From Octopus bimaculoides (lineage: Eukaryota), in NCBI RefSeq assembly GCF_001194135.2, contig NC_068982.1:33540221-33604220 (forward strand): a DNA stretch of 64,000 bases. The letters are read 5' to 3'. The translations under genes and the position numbers were made by a program. Of this stretch, positions 26,478-39,448 are shown piece after piece. The notes beneath the pieces are model-generated. The model did no database searches. It worked only from the letters and a program-made list of their open reading frames with translations, and was not told the DNA's origin. The stretch's first letter is position 1; every line of letters starts with the position of its first letter.

Positions 26478-28646
26478 ATCATCATCATCATCATCATCAT
26501 CATTTAATGTCCATTGTCCATGCTGGCATGGGTTGGATGGTTTGATCAGGGCCAGTAAGCTGGGAGCCTATACCAGACTCCAGTCTGATTTGGCATGGTT
26601 TTTTTACAGCTGGATGCCCTTACTAATGCCAACCTCTCAGAGTGTAATGGGTGCTTTTACACACCATTGGCACAGGTGCCATTTGCATGACACCAGTATC
26701 TGCCATGACCACAATTTTGTTCAGCTTGATGGATTTTCTTTTCAAGCACGACATAATGCCAAATGTCTTAGGCATTGCCTCTGTTAGGCCCAACACTCAA
26801 AAGGAACTCAGCCATTTTGCCCTGTGAGGGCCAACACTCAAAAGGTGCTCTTTACATACCACCAACACGGGTGCCAGTTATGTGACACCAGCATAAGCCA
26901 TGACTACAATTTCAATTGGCTTGATGGGTCTTCTCCAGCACAGCATATCACCAAAGGTCTCGGTCACTATTCATTGCCTCTGTGAGGCTCAAAGTTCAAA
27001 GATCATGCTTCACCACTTCATCCTCTGTTAGATGGTCCCTCCACAGTTAGATCTCAGTACCTCTTTACACAGCTGTTCTCGTCCATGTGCATCACATGAC
27101 CATACCAGTGCAGTTGTCCTTTTTGCACACCACATCTGATGCATCTTATGCCTAACTTTTCTCTCAAGATGCTTACACTCTGCTGAACATATACACTGAC
27201 ATTATACATCCAGCGATGCATACTGGCTTCATTTCTTTCAAGCGTGTGCATGTCCTAAGCTGTGACAGCCCATGTTTCACTGCCATGTAGCATGGCTGTT
27301 CATACACACAGGCATCATACAATCTGCCTTTCACTCAGAGAGAGAGAGAATCTTTGTTGCCAGGAGAGGTAGGAGTTCTCTGAACTTTGCCCAGTCTAAT
27401 CTTATTCTCACAGCTATGCTCTCGGAGCATCCACCTCCAACACTACTTGGTCACCTAGATAATGGAAGCTATCTACTACCTCTAACTTGCCCCTCTGGCA
27501 GTTGATGGAGTGTATTTTCTGCACATTTTCAGCATTTATTGTACCTGTGCATCTTCCACATACAAAAGCTACTTTCTCTGTTAACCTTCTTCTGATATTG
27601 CTGCACCTTTTATGTGTCCAAAGTTTAGATTGGATGCATCTTATGGAGTTTTTACCTATGCCTTTTCTACAGATTGAGCTGGGCCATCTACCTGAAGGGA
27701 TTTGTGATTTGTCTGCTTTCCTACTTACTATGACTTTGGTTTTAGCTAGGTTAACTCTAAGACCCTTCGATTCTATACCTTGCTTCCATACCTGGAACTT
27801 CTTCTCTAGTTCTGGTAGTGATTCAGCAGTAAGAGCAAGGTCATCAGCATAGAGGAGCTCTCAGGGGCAGTCCGTCTTAAATTCCTCTGTTATTGCCTGG
27901 AGGACTATGTTGAACAAGAGGGGGATGAGCACCAATCCTTGGTGAACCCCTAATTCTTCACCGTACTCATTGCCAACATTCACTTATTGGTAGCGTCCCT
28001 GTGCATGGTTTGTACAGCTCTTACCAACCACTTGTCTAACCCTAGTTTCTGCATTGACTACCAGATAAGGTATCAGGGGACCTTGTCAAAGGTCCCCTGA
28101 TACCAAGTCTCCAAGTCAACAAAAGTCAAGAACAGAGGTTTATCTTTGGTTTTGTATTTCTCCTGCAGCTGCCTTACCAGAAATATAGTATCAGTGGTAC
28201 TTCTACCTGGCATAAAACCAAACTGCATCTCATCTAGATTAACTCTTTCCCAAATTAGTTAAGCTATGACTCTCTACGTAACTTTCATCACCTGATCCAA
28301 CAATTTGATACCTCTGTAATTATTTCTAAGGCATCATCTTTACCTTTGCAGCATTTCACTAAGGTGCTGCTACACCACTCATTGGGTATGACTTCTTCAT
28401 GAACCACCTGATCTACAATATGGGTGACTAGACCATAACCCACGCCACCAGATATTTTAAGCATCTCAGCAGTGATTACTGATGGGTAGGGGAGGGAGGA
28501 GGGCTTTCCCTGTCTTCATATCCTTAATTGCTTTATCTACCAAGGAACTATCATTTCTGGTAGCTGATCCTTCAATTGGGTGAACACTTGGTAGACTCTC
28601 CTCCTCCTATTCATTCTCCATGTTCAGCAGCCTTTCATAATGGCAT
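26478..28646 (-). mobile_element. RTE-clade LINE, 5'-truncated and degenerate (RT, internal PHD finger, C-terminal region, 3' UTR, (ATG)n tail)
   Basis: Minus-strand translation gives HYERLLN, GVHQG.VL.PLLFNIV, ELLYADDL, VNLAKTK, SFHYLGD and LHWYGHVMHM, with stops and frameshifts; (CAT)n at about 26478-26502. Confidence 0.92.
28069..28104. repeat. Perfect 16-bp inverted repeat with a 4-nt loop inside the RTE RT region
   Basis: ggtatcaggggacctt-gtca-aaggtcccctgatacc. Confidence 0.95.
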
Positions 28647-28649
28647 GTA

Positions 28650-28747
<98 letters not shown>

Positions 28748-29202
28748 ATCACTTATAACAATAAACTCCTCATCACCTCGCACCCAAACTATCCTTAGGA
28801 ACAAAATCATTTACACACCTTAAAGTCTAGTACTACAATAAGCTAATGAACAACACTAATACTCCTCCAAATCAATAGTTTTCTCTAGATAATTATTCCA
28901 ATATCTGAAAAGTCACCAATTGTATCACATTTTGAAAAAGAAAAGGAAAATAAACATCATGTTGACATTGCGGTATGTTCCAGCAGTAAACCATACAATG
29001 CTAATGTAAGAGAATATATACATACATACATACATACATACATACACACACACAGGCACATATATAGTTATATTTATAATAATATATATATATACAATAA
29101 GTACAAATATTAGCATAGACTTATCTACACTATCACAATAAAAACCTGAGAGAGGGAGAAAGAGAGAGAGAACAAATAAAAACTAGCAATTATAGATCTT
29201 AC

Positions 29203-29620
29203 CTTCAAGGAACATCACATTCCTTCAAAAATAAAAGGTATGCTCTTCCCCGCCTTTTACAGAGATATATAGAGATAAACAATCTTCTATATACGATCCC
29301 GGATACATGGGTGTTCGTTTTGGATATGTTGAATCTTTTGTTTACTTTTACATATTTTGACCATACTATACTGATGATCGAAAGTTACATATTGTTGTAA
29401 TAATCGTGAAATTGTTCGATATATAGTTCAGTCTGTTTTTACGAGGCCAGTTTTTGAGAGTTGCATTTCCTCGCGTTCGGTAAAAAATGTGTTTATTATG
29501 GTAGTTTAGCGTGAGGCATTCTTCTATAGTAATGCCCTTATATAAATATAAATAAATATATTCTAGGGAATAAATGATGGATTTTTCCCTTATGAGTTCT
29601 TTCACGCTAGCTACTTGATA
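29203..29620 (-). promoter_or_regulatory. Candidate internal promoter / alternative first exon ending ATG TTC CTT GAA G|gtaaga (MFLE, phase 1)
   Basis: 13 CpGs counted in about 360 bp, whereas most non-repeat sequence in the window has few. Strong donor AAG|GTAAGA at 29202; phase matches the host exons; no repeat recognised. Confidence 0.45.
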
Positions 29621-31087
29621 AAATTCTTGTAAAAGATTTTATCCTATTATTGAATTAATTTTTTTTATATATATATATATATATACAGACACACACACAC
29701 ACATGCATATACATGAGAAAAGAGGAGTTATGTAATCACCTTCATTAGATTATAGGTCTTTCTGTTTTAAGAGATATAACCCTAAAGCATAAGTATATTG
29801 AGTTCTAATAGCCAACCATTAGTATCGCTATACCTTTGCAAAATCATGGCCACTACATTCCTCCATGGAACAAATTTAATTTGTGTCCGTGGGAAGAGCC
29901 ATTGTAACTCTTCGAAATGCCAGTGTTATAATGGTGGCAGCTGATGAAGGAAATGTTCTCTATGCGGCCTGAGTGTTTTCTGTACCTTGTTTATCAATTT
30001 GTCCATGTTTTTTTGCAACGTCATGTACCCAGATATGCATCTATATATACATGTAGATGAAGGTATGTGCATACATGTACATATATATGCATACACTCAT
30101 ATATTATTTGTNNNNNNNNNNATATATATAGTTCTGTAAATAAAACCTTGAGGAGTAGAAATAAATGTTGGGTTATGGTTTATTTTAAATGAAAGACTAG
30201 AAATATTATTAGCAGCAAAGAAAATTTCAGGAAGTTTCTCAATTAGTACAAGAATAATTGTATGGCATATCAAAGAAGTCCTGAAATTGAATTTTTAAGG
30301 TTCTGAATAGCAGTGTAGTCAAAGAAAGAAGAGGAACATAAAGTCTAGGAATAGAATAAGGATTGGAAGAAGTTTGGAAAGAAGTAGCTGTTAATTAAGT
30401 CTCTCTCTCTCTCTCTCTCTCTCATTGTATGATGGAATCCATAAGATTCGTGAATCCATGAGGATACTGTATTTTCCAGTATACAAATCAAATTTTTCAG
30501 GCCAAAATTTACTGCCAAAAAAGGTAAGTTGACTTTGGAAGACCATGAATTTTATGTGAAAAGCAGGAGGATTTGGAAAGATAGTGACACTGTCTGAATG
30601 TTTACATAACATGTTTATACTATAAAGTACACCAAATTGTATGCCAGAAAATACAGTATCCCACACTATACTCAAATATTTATTCTTTTCTTTTGCTTGG
30701 TGGGCCTTAGTTATTGTATCTGGAGGAAAGAGCAATACTCAAGCCCTTCACAGGTCAGCCTAGACTGGTGAGATTGATATAATTAATGATACTCTTGAAC
30801 CTTTTAAAGTCAACATATGCAACAAAGGCATGAGAAGGGTGGGAAATCTGGTGGGCCAATGTACCGAAAAGGAAGGGTTAGGTGTAGAGATTAGCAAATG
30901 GTGGAGTGGGGGACACAACAAGGGTGACGAGAGGAGAAGGAATAAATGGGTAGGAGCAGAGGCCATTATATTGTATTTGATATCGGTGATTAAGAGTAAA
31001 ATATATTTTCTCCATGAGCAAGTAAAATATCCTCAAAGCAAATTTCCTTATACCAAATACATAATTATATTCAGGCTTAAAAGCAAA

Positions 31088-31136
<49 letters not shown>

Positions 31137-32089
31137 ATGGACGAATGGATGGATCAATTGATAGATTGATAGATAGACAGATATCTGCTTCCTCTGCTAG
31201 TATGGGTTGGACAGGTCATCACAAACCCAATTAGTTCTTCACATGACAGCAGACCACATCTAATACATGCTATTTTTGGTATATATATATTTTTTGTTAA
31301 GTTTTCTTTCTTTCATTTTTTTTGAATGCCCTCTCTGACACCAACTACTTTACAGAGTATACTGGGAGCATTTTATCATGGGACCATCTCTAGAGATCTA
31401 AAGAGACCTCTTAATTCTATGCTGTCTGCACTCATTTGCCAGCAATTTTAGAGAGTGCATCACAAGCATTTTACCAGGGCACCAGTACTAATGAGGTTGC
31501 CTTGAATCTTGCAAGACAAAAAACATTCTCACTACTCTTAAGTTATCTCCATTCATTCAAGGAAACGTAGCCAAAAGGGTGAATATAAGAGAGTGAAAGG
31601 TGCAAGAGTATGACAGGGGAACAAAGAGATTGGGGCAAGAGACTGGTAGCGGGAGGAGTAACAGAAGAGACAGTGTTTGAGGGAGTAAGAGATAAGAGGT
31701 AATATTGATAGGATGTGATGGAAGAGAGGATGTGATGATAGCTACATTTTTTTTGTTTTTGGTAAGAGCAAAGGAGACAGAGAGAAAAAGAGAGATAAAG
31801 AAAGAAAGAGAGAGAGAGAGATGAGTGTGGATAGTTGTATAGATGGATAATGGTAACAGAGTGCGATGACGGTCAGTAAAAAGTGATGTAGAGGAGGGGG
31901 AGTGAGAAAGTGTTGGTGGGAGTGTATTTAGATATGAACAGATCTGATGCAATACCATGTTACACAGGCATCATAGTAAAGGTGGTGGGTAGAATGAGTA
32001 CAGACAGATTCATTGAAATCAGTTGTTAGGTAAGCAACAAAGTACAGTAAATAGGGAATGGAATAAGAGAGATAGGATCACGTGTGTGT

Positions 32090-32120
<31 letters not shown>

Positions 32121-33004
32121 AGTGTGCGTGTGCACTGACGTAATCTAATGTAAATTTATAGATACATACCCTCACACATTAAATTTGTGAAAATAGAAAT
32201 TCATTCAGTTGCTTATTAAAACCTTTCATACATAAAAGTGAACCATGTTTGAGATTGTCTACATAGTATGTAATGCAGAGAAGTAAGAGAGAGCACCAAA
32301 TTGCAATGAAATTCTCATTAGAGCCTATGTATGGAAAGTTAACAGTAACACAAAACATCAATTTTTAAAGTAAAGTCAGTTTAAAAACTTTTTCCCAGTC
32401 TACATATTTCCTATTGACATTCCCAAAAACTTGAAGCTGAGCACCAACTATATCAGACATGGATAATATTTATTAAAGAAGTAGGCTGCATGAGACATGG
32501 ATTATGACCAAGCAGGCTGCACTGCTTAAAAAGATTCAAGATTTATTTTTCGTTCAGAAAGTCCTGCAGGCAACAGTTGTCCCCATGACTGAGCTATAGC
32601 AACCTCAAATTGGAATCATCATAGTTGGAAATCTACTGAATTGGAGATGACTTGCAGCTAAACAACAACAATCGTCGTCATCGTCGCCATCATCATCATC
32701 ATCATCGTCATCATCATCACCACCATCACCATCACCAACACTACTACTACCATCATCAGTATCATAGCCATGCTACCATTGCTTTGCTTTTTTAATGCTG
32801 GCATGGGTTAGATGAGATATTTTTGTAGTAGTATTCTACAGCAGGTAGCCCTTCCTGGTTCCAACATTTACTTGTTTTGAAATAGATAAGCCACTATATT
32901 TCATTGAACCACCTAATTCAGGACACAAACAAATGTCAGTGCAGCACAAGAAGTGCAAATATGAATACATGTGGAGACAACACACAGTCAAGACAGGCTT
33001 CCAT

Positions 33005-33155
33005 TTAGTTTCCATCTCCCAATTTCAATTCACAATACATTGGTTGACCCAAAGCTATAGTTGAAGATACTTGCAAAGTGCCATGCAATGTGATCAAACT
33101 TAAAAATATATGGTTGTGAAGCAAACTTGTTAACAACAGAATCATGCTAGCACCT
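33005..33155 (-). mobile_element. SINE family A 5' part, head-to-head with the next copy
   Basis: Reverse complement of head and body. Confidence 0.65.
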
Positions 33156-33159
33156 AAAA

Positions 33160-33510
33160 GCCATACTGGCTGTGTGGTTATGAAACTCACTTTGCAACCA
33201 TATGGTTTCAGGTTCAGTCCCACTGTGTGGCACCTTGGGCAAATGTTTTGTACTCTAACCTCCAAGCCACTGAATGCTTTGTGATTGAATTGAGCAGGCG
33301 GGAATTGTGTGTGTATTTGTCCCTCTCACCACCACTTGACAACCAGTGTTGGTTTGTTTATATCCCCATAACTTAGCAGTTTGGCAAAACAGACTGATAT
33401 AAGGGGGGAAAAATTTTGTACTGGGGTTAATTTGTTTACCTAAAGCTCTTCAAGATATTGCCCCAGCATGGCCACAGTCCAATGACCGAAACAAGTAAAA
33501 GATAAAAGAG
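33160..33510 (+). mobile_element. SINE family A
   Basis: Co-linear with 12027-12404. Confidence 0.8.
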
Positions 33511-33639
33511 GTAAGAATGCTTAGAACCAAACTCATGGTTATTAGAAGCAACACTGATTCAAGGAAGCCCTTCATTACATTCATTCTTCTTTTTATCTCA
33601 TTTTGAATTTTGTTGCCATTTTTATAGTTGTTGGCAATG

Positions 33640-34295
33640 GTGGTGGTGATGGTAGTGGTGGTGTTGGCAGTGGCAGTGAGTGGCACTAGCAGTGGTGGTG
33701 GTGGTGATTGCGGTAGAAGCAGTAGTGGCAGCAGTGAATGGCTGCGGTGGTGGTGGTGGTATCTACAGTGATGACGGGGAATGATGAAAAAGATAATACT
33801 GACAGTAATAATAATGAGGATGATTTTGAGAACTGTAACAATTTATAACAGCACCAATGGCATCAATGACAAAAGATGACAGTGGTAATGACAATGATAA
33901 GGCCAAGAACAATGAAGAAAATGTAACAAGATGTTAAAGAAAATGAGGAAGATAATGATAGTAATGGTAGTAATAGTAGTAGTGGTAGTGATTGTTATAT
34001 AGCGGAGATGATGATGGTGATGATAGTTGTGATAATGGTGGTGGTGGTGGTGGTGGTAATGATAAAGACAATGGGGATGGTGCTGGTGGTGTCAATAAGG
34101 ATGATCAATATTATGGTGTTGCAGCTGCTACTATTACCAACAATGGTGATGATGATGATGATGATGATGATCTTTTGGTCAGCACTAAATATCATGAATT
34201 GAGAACAAGGTTTGTTTATAAACACTTCTCATCTTGTTTTCACAATTCTTTTATTTTTTTTTTATACAGAATACTTAAAAGTAAAAGCAAAACAC

Positions 34296-34350
<55 letters not shown>
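33640..34350. repeat. Compound trinucleotide low-complexity tract (GGT, GCA, GAT, AAT) ending in pure (TAA)n
   Basis: Direct inspection; a similar tract lies at about 3570-3710. Confidence 0.9.
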
Positions 34351-34351
<1 letters not shown>

Positions 34352-35901
34352 TGAACTGAAATATTTCTAGCATACAATAATACCAAAGATAATTATATTG
34401 TTAGAAATTATTAGAGTGCTCATCTTGAGATTCATCAATTACAAATGTTGAATGCCTACAGGTAGAAAACATATGAAAGCAAACTGAAAATTAAGCCCAG
34501 CTTCTTTCGTGTGTGGCTTCACTTCCACATATCTTTGATAAAATTATCATTAGAAAAATTAGAAAACCAAACTGATAAGAATTTCCTGAGACAATTTTAT
34601 TAAAGAATATAAAATATAGTGTGTCTTTTTTTTCTGTTGATTTTTGTTTGTTTATTTATAATTAATCACTGAGATTTCTCTAGAATGTGGTGCTGAAAGT
34701 TACAAAGATCACGAAAGAGAACAGATTTGAAGATTTGATTTTAATAAGGTTGGTTGTAGAAGAAGGTTTGTGGAGTTAATAGTGGGGGATGATGCATGTA
34801 ATATTATATACTAACCAAATACTGGTACTGTTTTGTTTGAGCAGGAAGCTGTTTAAAGTAAAAATAATTTATCAAATTTATTTATATGATACTATGAGGT
34901 GTACATATGCACAGAGAAATATTATAAGTTTATAATAATTAAGTAAATAATTAAATTCTTGAGTGGTTTAGTTACACAATTTATGAATGAAGGTGTGAAT
35001 AAAACATCTAAGGATTTTTGTCTTTTGACAATTCTGGAGCATTCTGTGAGAAAATGTAAAATATTTATTCATGTGAAGTCCTGGGAATGGTTTTTAGGAG
35101 ATGGCGGGGGGTGCATTTCTTTCTCTTTAGAATGAATTAATATACTACCCTGTACAAGTAAAGAATATATGAGTGCAGTCCAATGACTGAAGCAAGTAGA
35201 AGATAAAAAAAATAAAGATGCTTGCAATCAGCATTTTCTTTATTAGAAACTGGTTCAATAAATTCTGAAGCTGAGATACACTTCTGACATAAAATATGAG
35301 ATTACTAATGTCTGCACTATCAAAAGACCCCCATGCTTACATCAAAGGAATTGACCAAGTCTGATGTCTTGACTCTGGCTGAGTCCTTATCAAGTAGGTG
35401 AGTCTTCATAGCATGCACATTAACTTTTGTGTCAATATTAATGTATTGTGATACTGAGCAGGGCAACAAAAGCTGAGTTGCAGACATATTATAGCTTTAT
35501 TTCTTTATTCATTTATTGTTTCTTTTTCTTTAAACCTTTTTTTTATTTATAGCTTCTTCTTCAGTTCTCAAATTTTTACCTTGATTTAAAACTATATTAT
35601 CAAACTCTAACAATTTGTTATACTCTATATCAGAAGTGTGTCTCAGTTTCAACATTTATCTATATTATCTGTTTTAGAAATACATTTAAGTGCACCATAT
35701 GAGTGGAATGAACTCCTTTTAATCTTTACACGTTATTCTCTTAATATTATGATAAGATTATATACACACATTTTGGAGTTGTACTTGTCTAGCTAGTGGC
35801 CTGATCTGAGACCATGTATCGAAACACAAGCAAGCAACTGCATCATGGAAAAGCCATTCTGACCATCTAAATTCATTACAGAGTTGCTAAATTCACTTTA
35901 A

Positions 35902-36102
35902 TCCTTTAACACTTAAACTAGCTGTAGCCAGCTAAAATATTCTACCTGTTTTCCGTTCAAACCAGCTGAATCCAACTTTTCACACCTACCCAACAATGTC
36001 ATTCTAAAACTAAACAATCTGATCTTTGAAATCTTGAAGCTATGAGACAATTCATGATTAATTCAAAGCAATGCGAATAAATGTAATCTAAATGCTAAGG
36101 GT
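35902..36102 (+). mobile_element. Same piggyBac-type MITE, degenerate
   Basis: TTAA-tcctttaacactta ... taaatgctaagggt-TTAA; interior caatgtcattctaaaa is shared. Confidence 0.7.
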
Positions 36103-36406
36103 TTAAATATATTTCATGAGACATTGAAATTTTTCATAACACACAGCAATCTGGTCATTGTACAATTGCCACTTAGTAACTGACACCACATAAAATTTTG
36201 AGACATCAAGGACTAAAATTTAAAGTGAATTTTAAAACTTTGTGTCCTATCAAATGGCTAGAATGATTCTGTGATGTATTCTTATTTTACAAATACGTTT
36301 TTCCAGAATGCACATAAGCATAATGAAAGATGGTACTACTACCTTCCTACAATAGGAAGTGGTTCCTATCAGGTTCCAAAAGGTCACAAGTGGAGTGATC
36401 TAAATG

Positions 36407-36629
36407 TACTATAGGGTGCTGAAAAATTCCTAGCTTTAAGAGTATTGTAAAAGGCTTGGTTGGAGGTCCAATCTTCCAAGTTCTTTTACAGGGCTTAGAA
36501 AAACTGAAGGGCCACTGTAATAAGTATGTGAATCTGCTGAGAGGGGAATATACTGAATACATTGATAATTAACTGATCCTCCTGTAATTTTTTTACCCAA
36601 AACCAGGAAATTTTCAGCACCCCCTCGTA
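36407..36629 (+). mobile_element. Internally deleted mariner element retaining the transposase C-terminus
   Basis: Inverted termini ta..agggtgctgaaaaattcct / aggaaattttcagcaccccctcgta; interior reads LQGLEKLKGHCNKYVNL.RGEYTEY, like the mariner C-terminal GI.KL..RW.KC...GEY.E. Confidence 0.7.
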
Positions 36630-36690
36630 TAAGACAGCCAAGTCAGATGAAAATGACCAAAACTAATTTGGATAGCAATGAGATTTCTTT

Positions 36691-36834
36691 GAAACTGCCT
36701 ACTGCTCTAAGAATAATACCATTAATATCTCAAATGTATGAGGTCAAAATATATATAAATTAACTTTATATCCTTTCAACTGTATAATCATCTATTTTAA
36801 AAGCTAATCCATCTGTTGAGCCTATATGGAACAG

Positions 36835-36871
<37 letters not shown>

Positions 36872-37396
36872 CATTGTTCTAATTCAGCAACCTCTCTTAA
36901 AGTCACATTTCTATGCCTCTTTGTTTCTCACATTAGAGAAAGTGAATGTGCTATTATCAGTCTCTACAAGCTTATATCCACACTACCATCTTGATTCACA
37001 CTGCAATCCAAAATTCCTTATGCCTTTGGTGCTCTCATGACAAAAGATTGGCAAACCTCTTACTTACAACTTTTCTCCTTGGTGACTATACTCAATATCC
37101 AGTTTTGCTTTTAGCTACCCATTATTGCAACCACCTTCCTCTATTTCTTCCATTCTTTCCAGGCCTGTCTCTTAGCTTTTATAATTCTATCTAATATAAC
37201 ATTATTCACTGGCCAATTGCTTTACATTTAGATTGAAAACTATAAAAGCAAAGTATAATTATTTTTAATAGACGAAATAAAGTTAAGCATATATTTTCAA
37301 ATGAATAAATATAATCCATCATAATAAAAATTCCAAGAAACTGCCTACTGCTCTAAGAATAATACCATTAATATCTCAAATGTATGAGGTCAAAAT
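36691..37396. repeat. Identical 60-bp direct repeats (36691-36750 and 37337-37396) flanking 586 bp
   Basis: gaaactgcctactgctctaagaataataccattaatatctcaaatgtatgaggtcaaaat occurs twice. Confidence 0.95.
36860..37200 (-). mobile_element. Decayed fragment similar to 41890-42230 (old RTE-like)
   Basis: Shares the (TC)n-attcagcaacctc start and the ctttccagg...ttagct end with the old RTE copy. Confidence 0.4.
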
Positions 37397-37456
37397 GATA
37401 TAAAATATATGCACACACAAACACACCCAAGCACATGTATGAATTCACAGATAGCA

Positions 37457-37497
<41 letters not shown>

Positions 37498-38297
37498 TGT
37501 ATATGTGTGTGACAGAGAGAGAGTATATGCATATACATATGTACGTCTACATAGATATATAGATATACACACATACACACAGATGTATGAGTGTGCATGC
37601 ATGTACATGATCAAGCCTGATACACAAATAAGATATATACATGCATTAATATATTATTTACTCTCATTGGTAGCAAGAATCTAGTATTCCTCTTGCACAA
37701 TTCACAAAACAAGTCTGGCAGGTGCTAATTTACAAGTGTTAGCTACAAAATGGCTTCCTTGGTGTGAACAGCTCAGTTATTTAATGTACAACAATGATTT
37801 TTAAGACAAATGCACATTCTCAGCTAAGAAGACATACATATAATGAAGAATACATCTATTTTGTATAAAGATATGATATTATTTATAATCAAATTTATTT
37901 ATTTGTCTTTGTTTCAGTTAACATCAACATCTTACAACTATATTCAATTACTACAAAAGTCTTGAAAATAAGACAAAAAAAAGGGGAAGAAAGAAAAAAG
38001 CTATTTCATTCTAGGTTTGAATATTTGTTTAGGTATCATCTTTGATTACCTATCCACACATAAGGATGTGATATTCATAGTTTTCAAAGGGCTTCTTTAG
38101 TGATACTAACAATACAAAATAGCTACAACTTGGAATCAAAAACTAAGGATGTGGACTTGGTTCATGAAAAAAATCACCCCTAAACCTAAAATCACTTACC
38201 TCCATTATTAATTATAATAAATATTTCATTTTTAACTGTAGCATTTGAAGGAAATGAATAGTATGTAAATATTGGGTTAAAACCCCTTTCCATTTTT

Positions 38298-38487
38298 ATT
38301 TTTTACTCGTTTTAGTCACTAGACTACAGCCATGTTGGGGGCACTGCTTTGACAAAATTTTTAGTTGAACAAATTGACCCCAGTACTCATTTTTAAACCT
38401 GGTACTTATTCTATCAGTCTCTTCTGCTAAATCGCTAGGTTACTGGGGACATAAACAAACCATCACTGGTTGTCAGGTGGTGGTGGA

Positions 38488-38567
<80 letters not shown>

Positions 38568-38674
38568 ATGGGCTTCCTTCAGTTTCTGTCTACCAAATCC
38601 CCTCATGAGACTTTGGTTGGACTAAACCTGGAACTATGTGGTTGGGAAGCAAACTTCTCACCACACAGCCACCT
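38298..38674 (-). mobile_element. SINE family A with expanded internal (CA)n
   Basis: Reverse complement of the full element. Confidence 0.8.
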
Positions 38675-39406
38675 AGATATAAAAAGTCAATGGCTGCCAG
38701 TATACTTGCTGTTATTAACAATTTTATCTGTTTCAAGTTCTACACTTAAAAACAAATTGCTTCACACTTTCTCCTAGTTTCTAAATTCTAATGACAAACC
38801 ATATTAAATATTACTCTGAAGTACTAAATATAATTGAAAACACATCAATATTATTGTTGTTATTATTATTATTATTATTATTATCATCATTAATAACTAA
38901 AATATAAGTACAGATTGAAATATTCAAATTTTCTCTGAAGAAAACAACATTGAAAAGATTAACAACCAAAATTCAATAAGGTTCACAGTGTGCTCATTCA
39001 TGAAGTGTTTATTAAGGAAGCACTTTCTTTTCCCTATCATAAAAAAACAAATCTCATACGGAATAATTAATTAACAGATTTGCAAGATCATTCAAAGCAG
39101 TCAGAAAATTAACAAACCAAAAAAAAAAAAAAAGCTTGCTTTTAAAAACATGATGCAAAATCATACAAGAGTGAATGTAGTACCATATTGAGAATAGTTG
39201 AATGCATTTAGCTGCCATGAAAGAAGCATTTTGTTTCTTTGCTCATGTCAGTTATACAAATAAATGCTTTTCTATTCTTTATTTTTAATGATTTTCTTTT
39301 TTTATTCTAAAAGTGCTTTCTGTTGCTTTAGATATAAAAAATGCATTGCTCATTTTTTTCCATATACATAATATAATACACACACACACATAGACAATCT
39401 ATGAAT

Positions 39407-39448
<42 letters not shown>

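Noticed and set aside
30501-30523. Plus-strand 23-nt microexon-like segment (tttttcAG ... AAG|gtaagt)
   Set aside because: Opposite to the host gene, not a multiple of three, and in a region that looks like decayed LINE.
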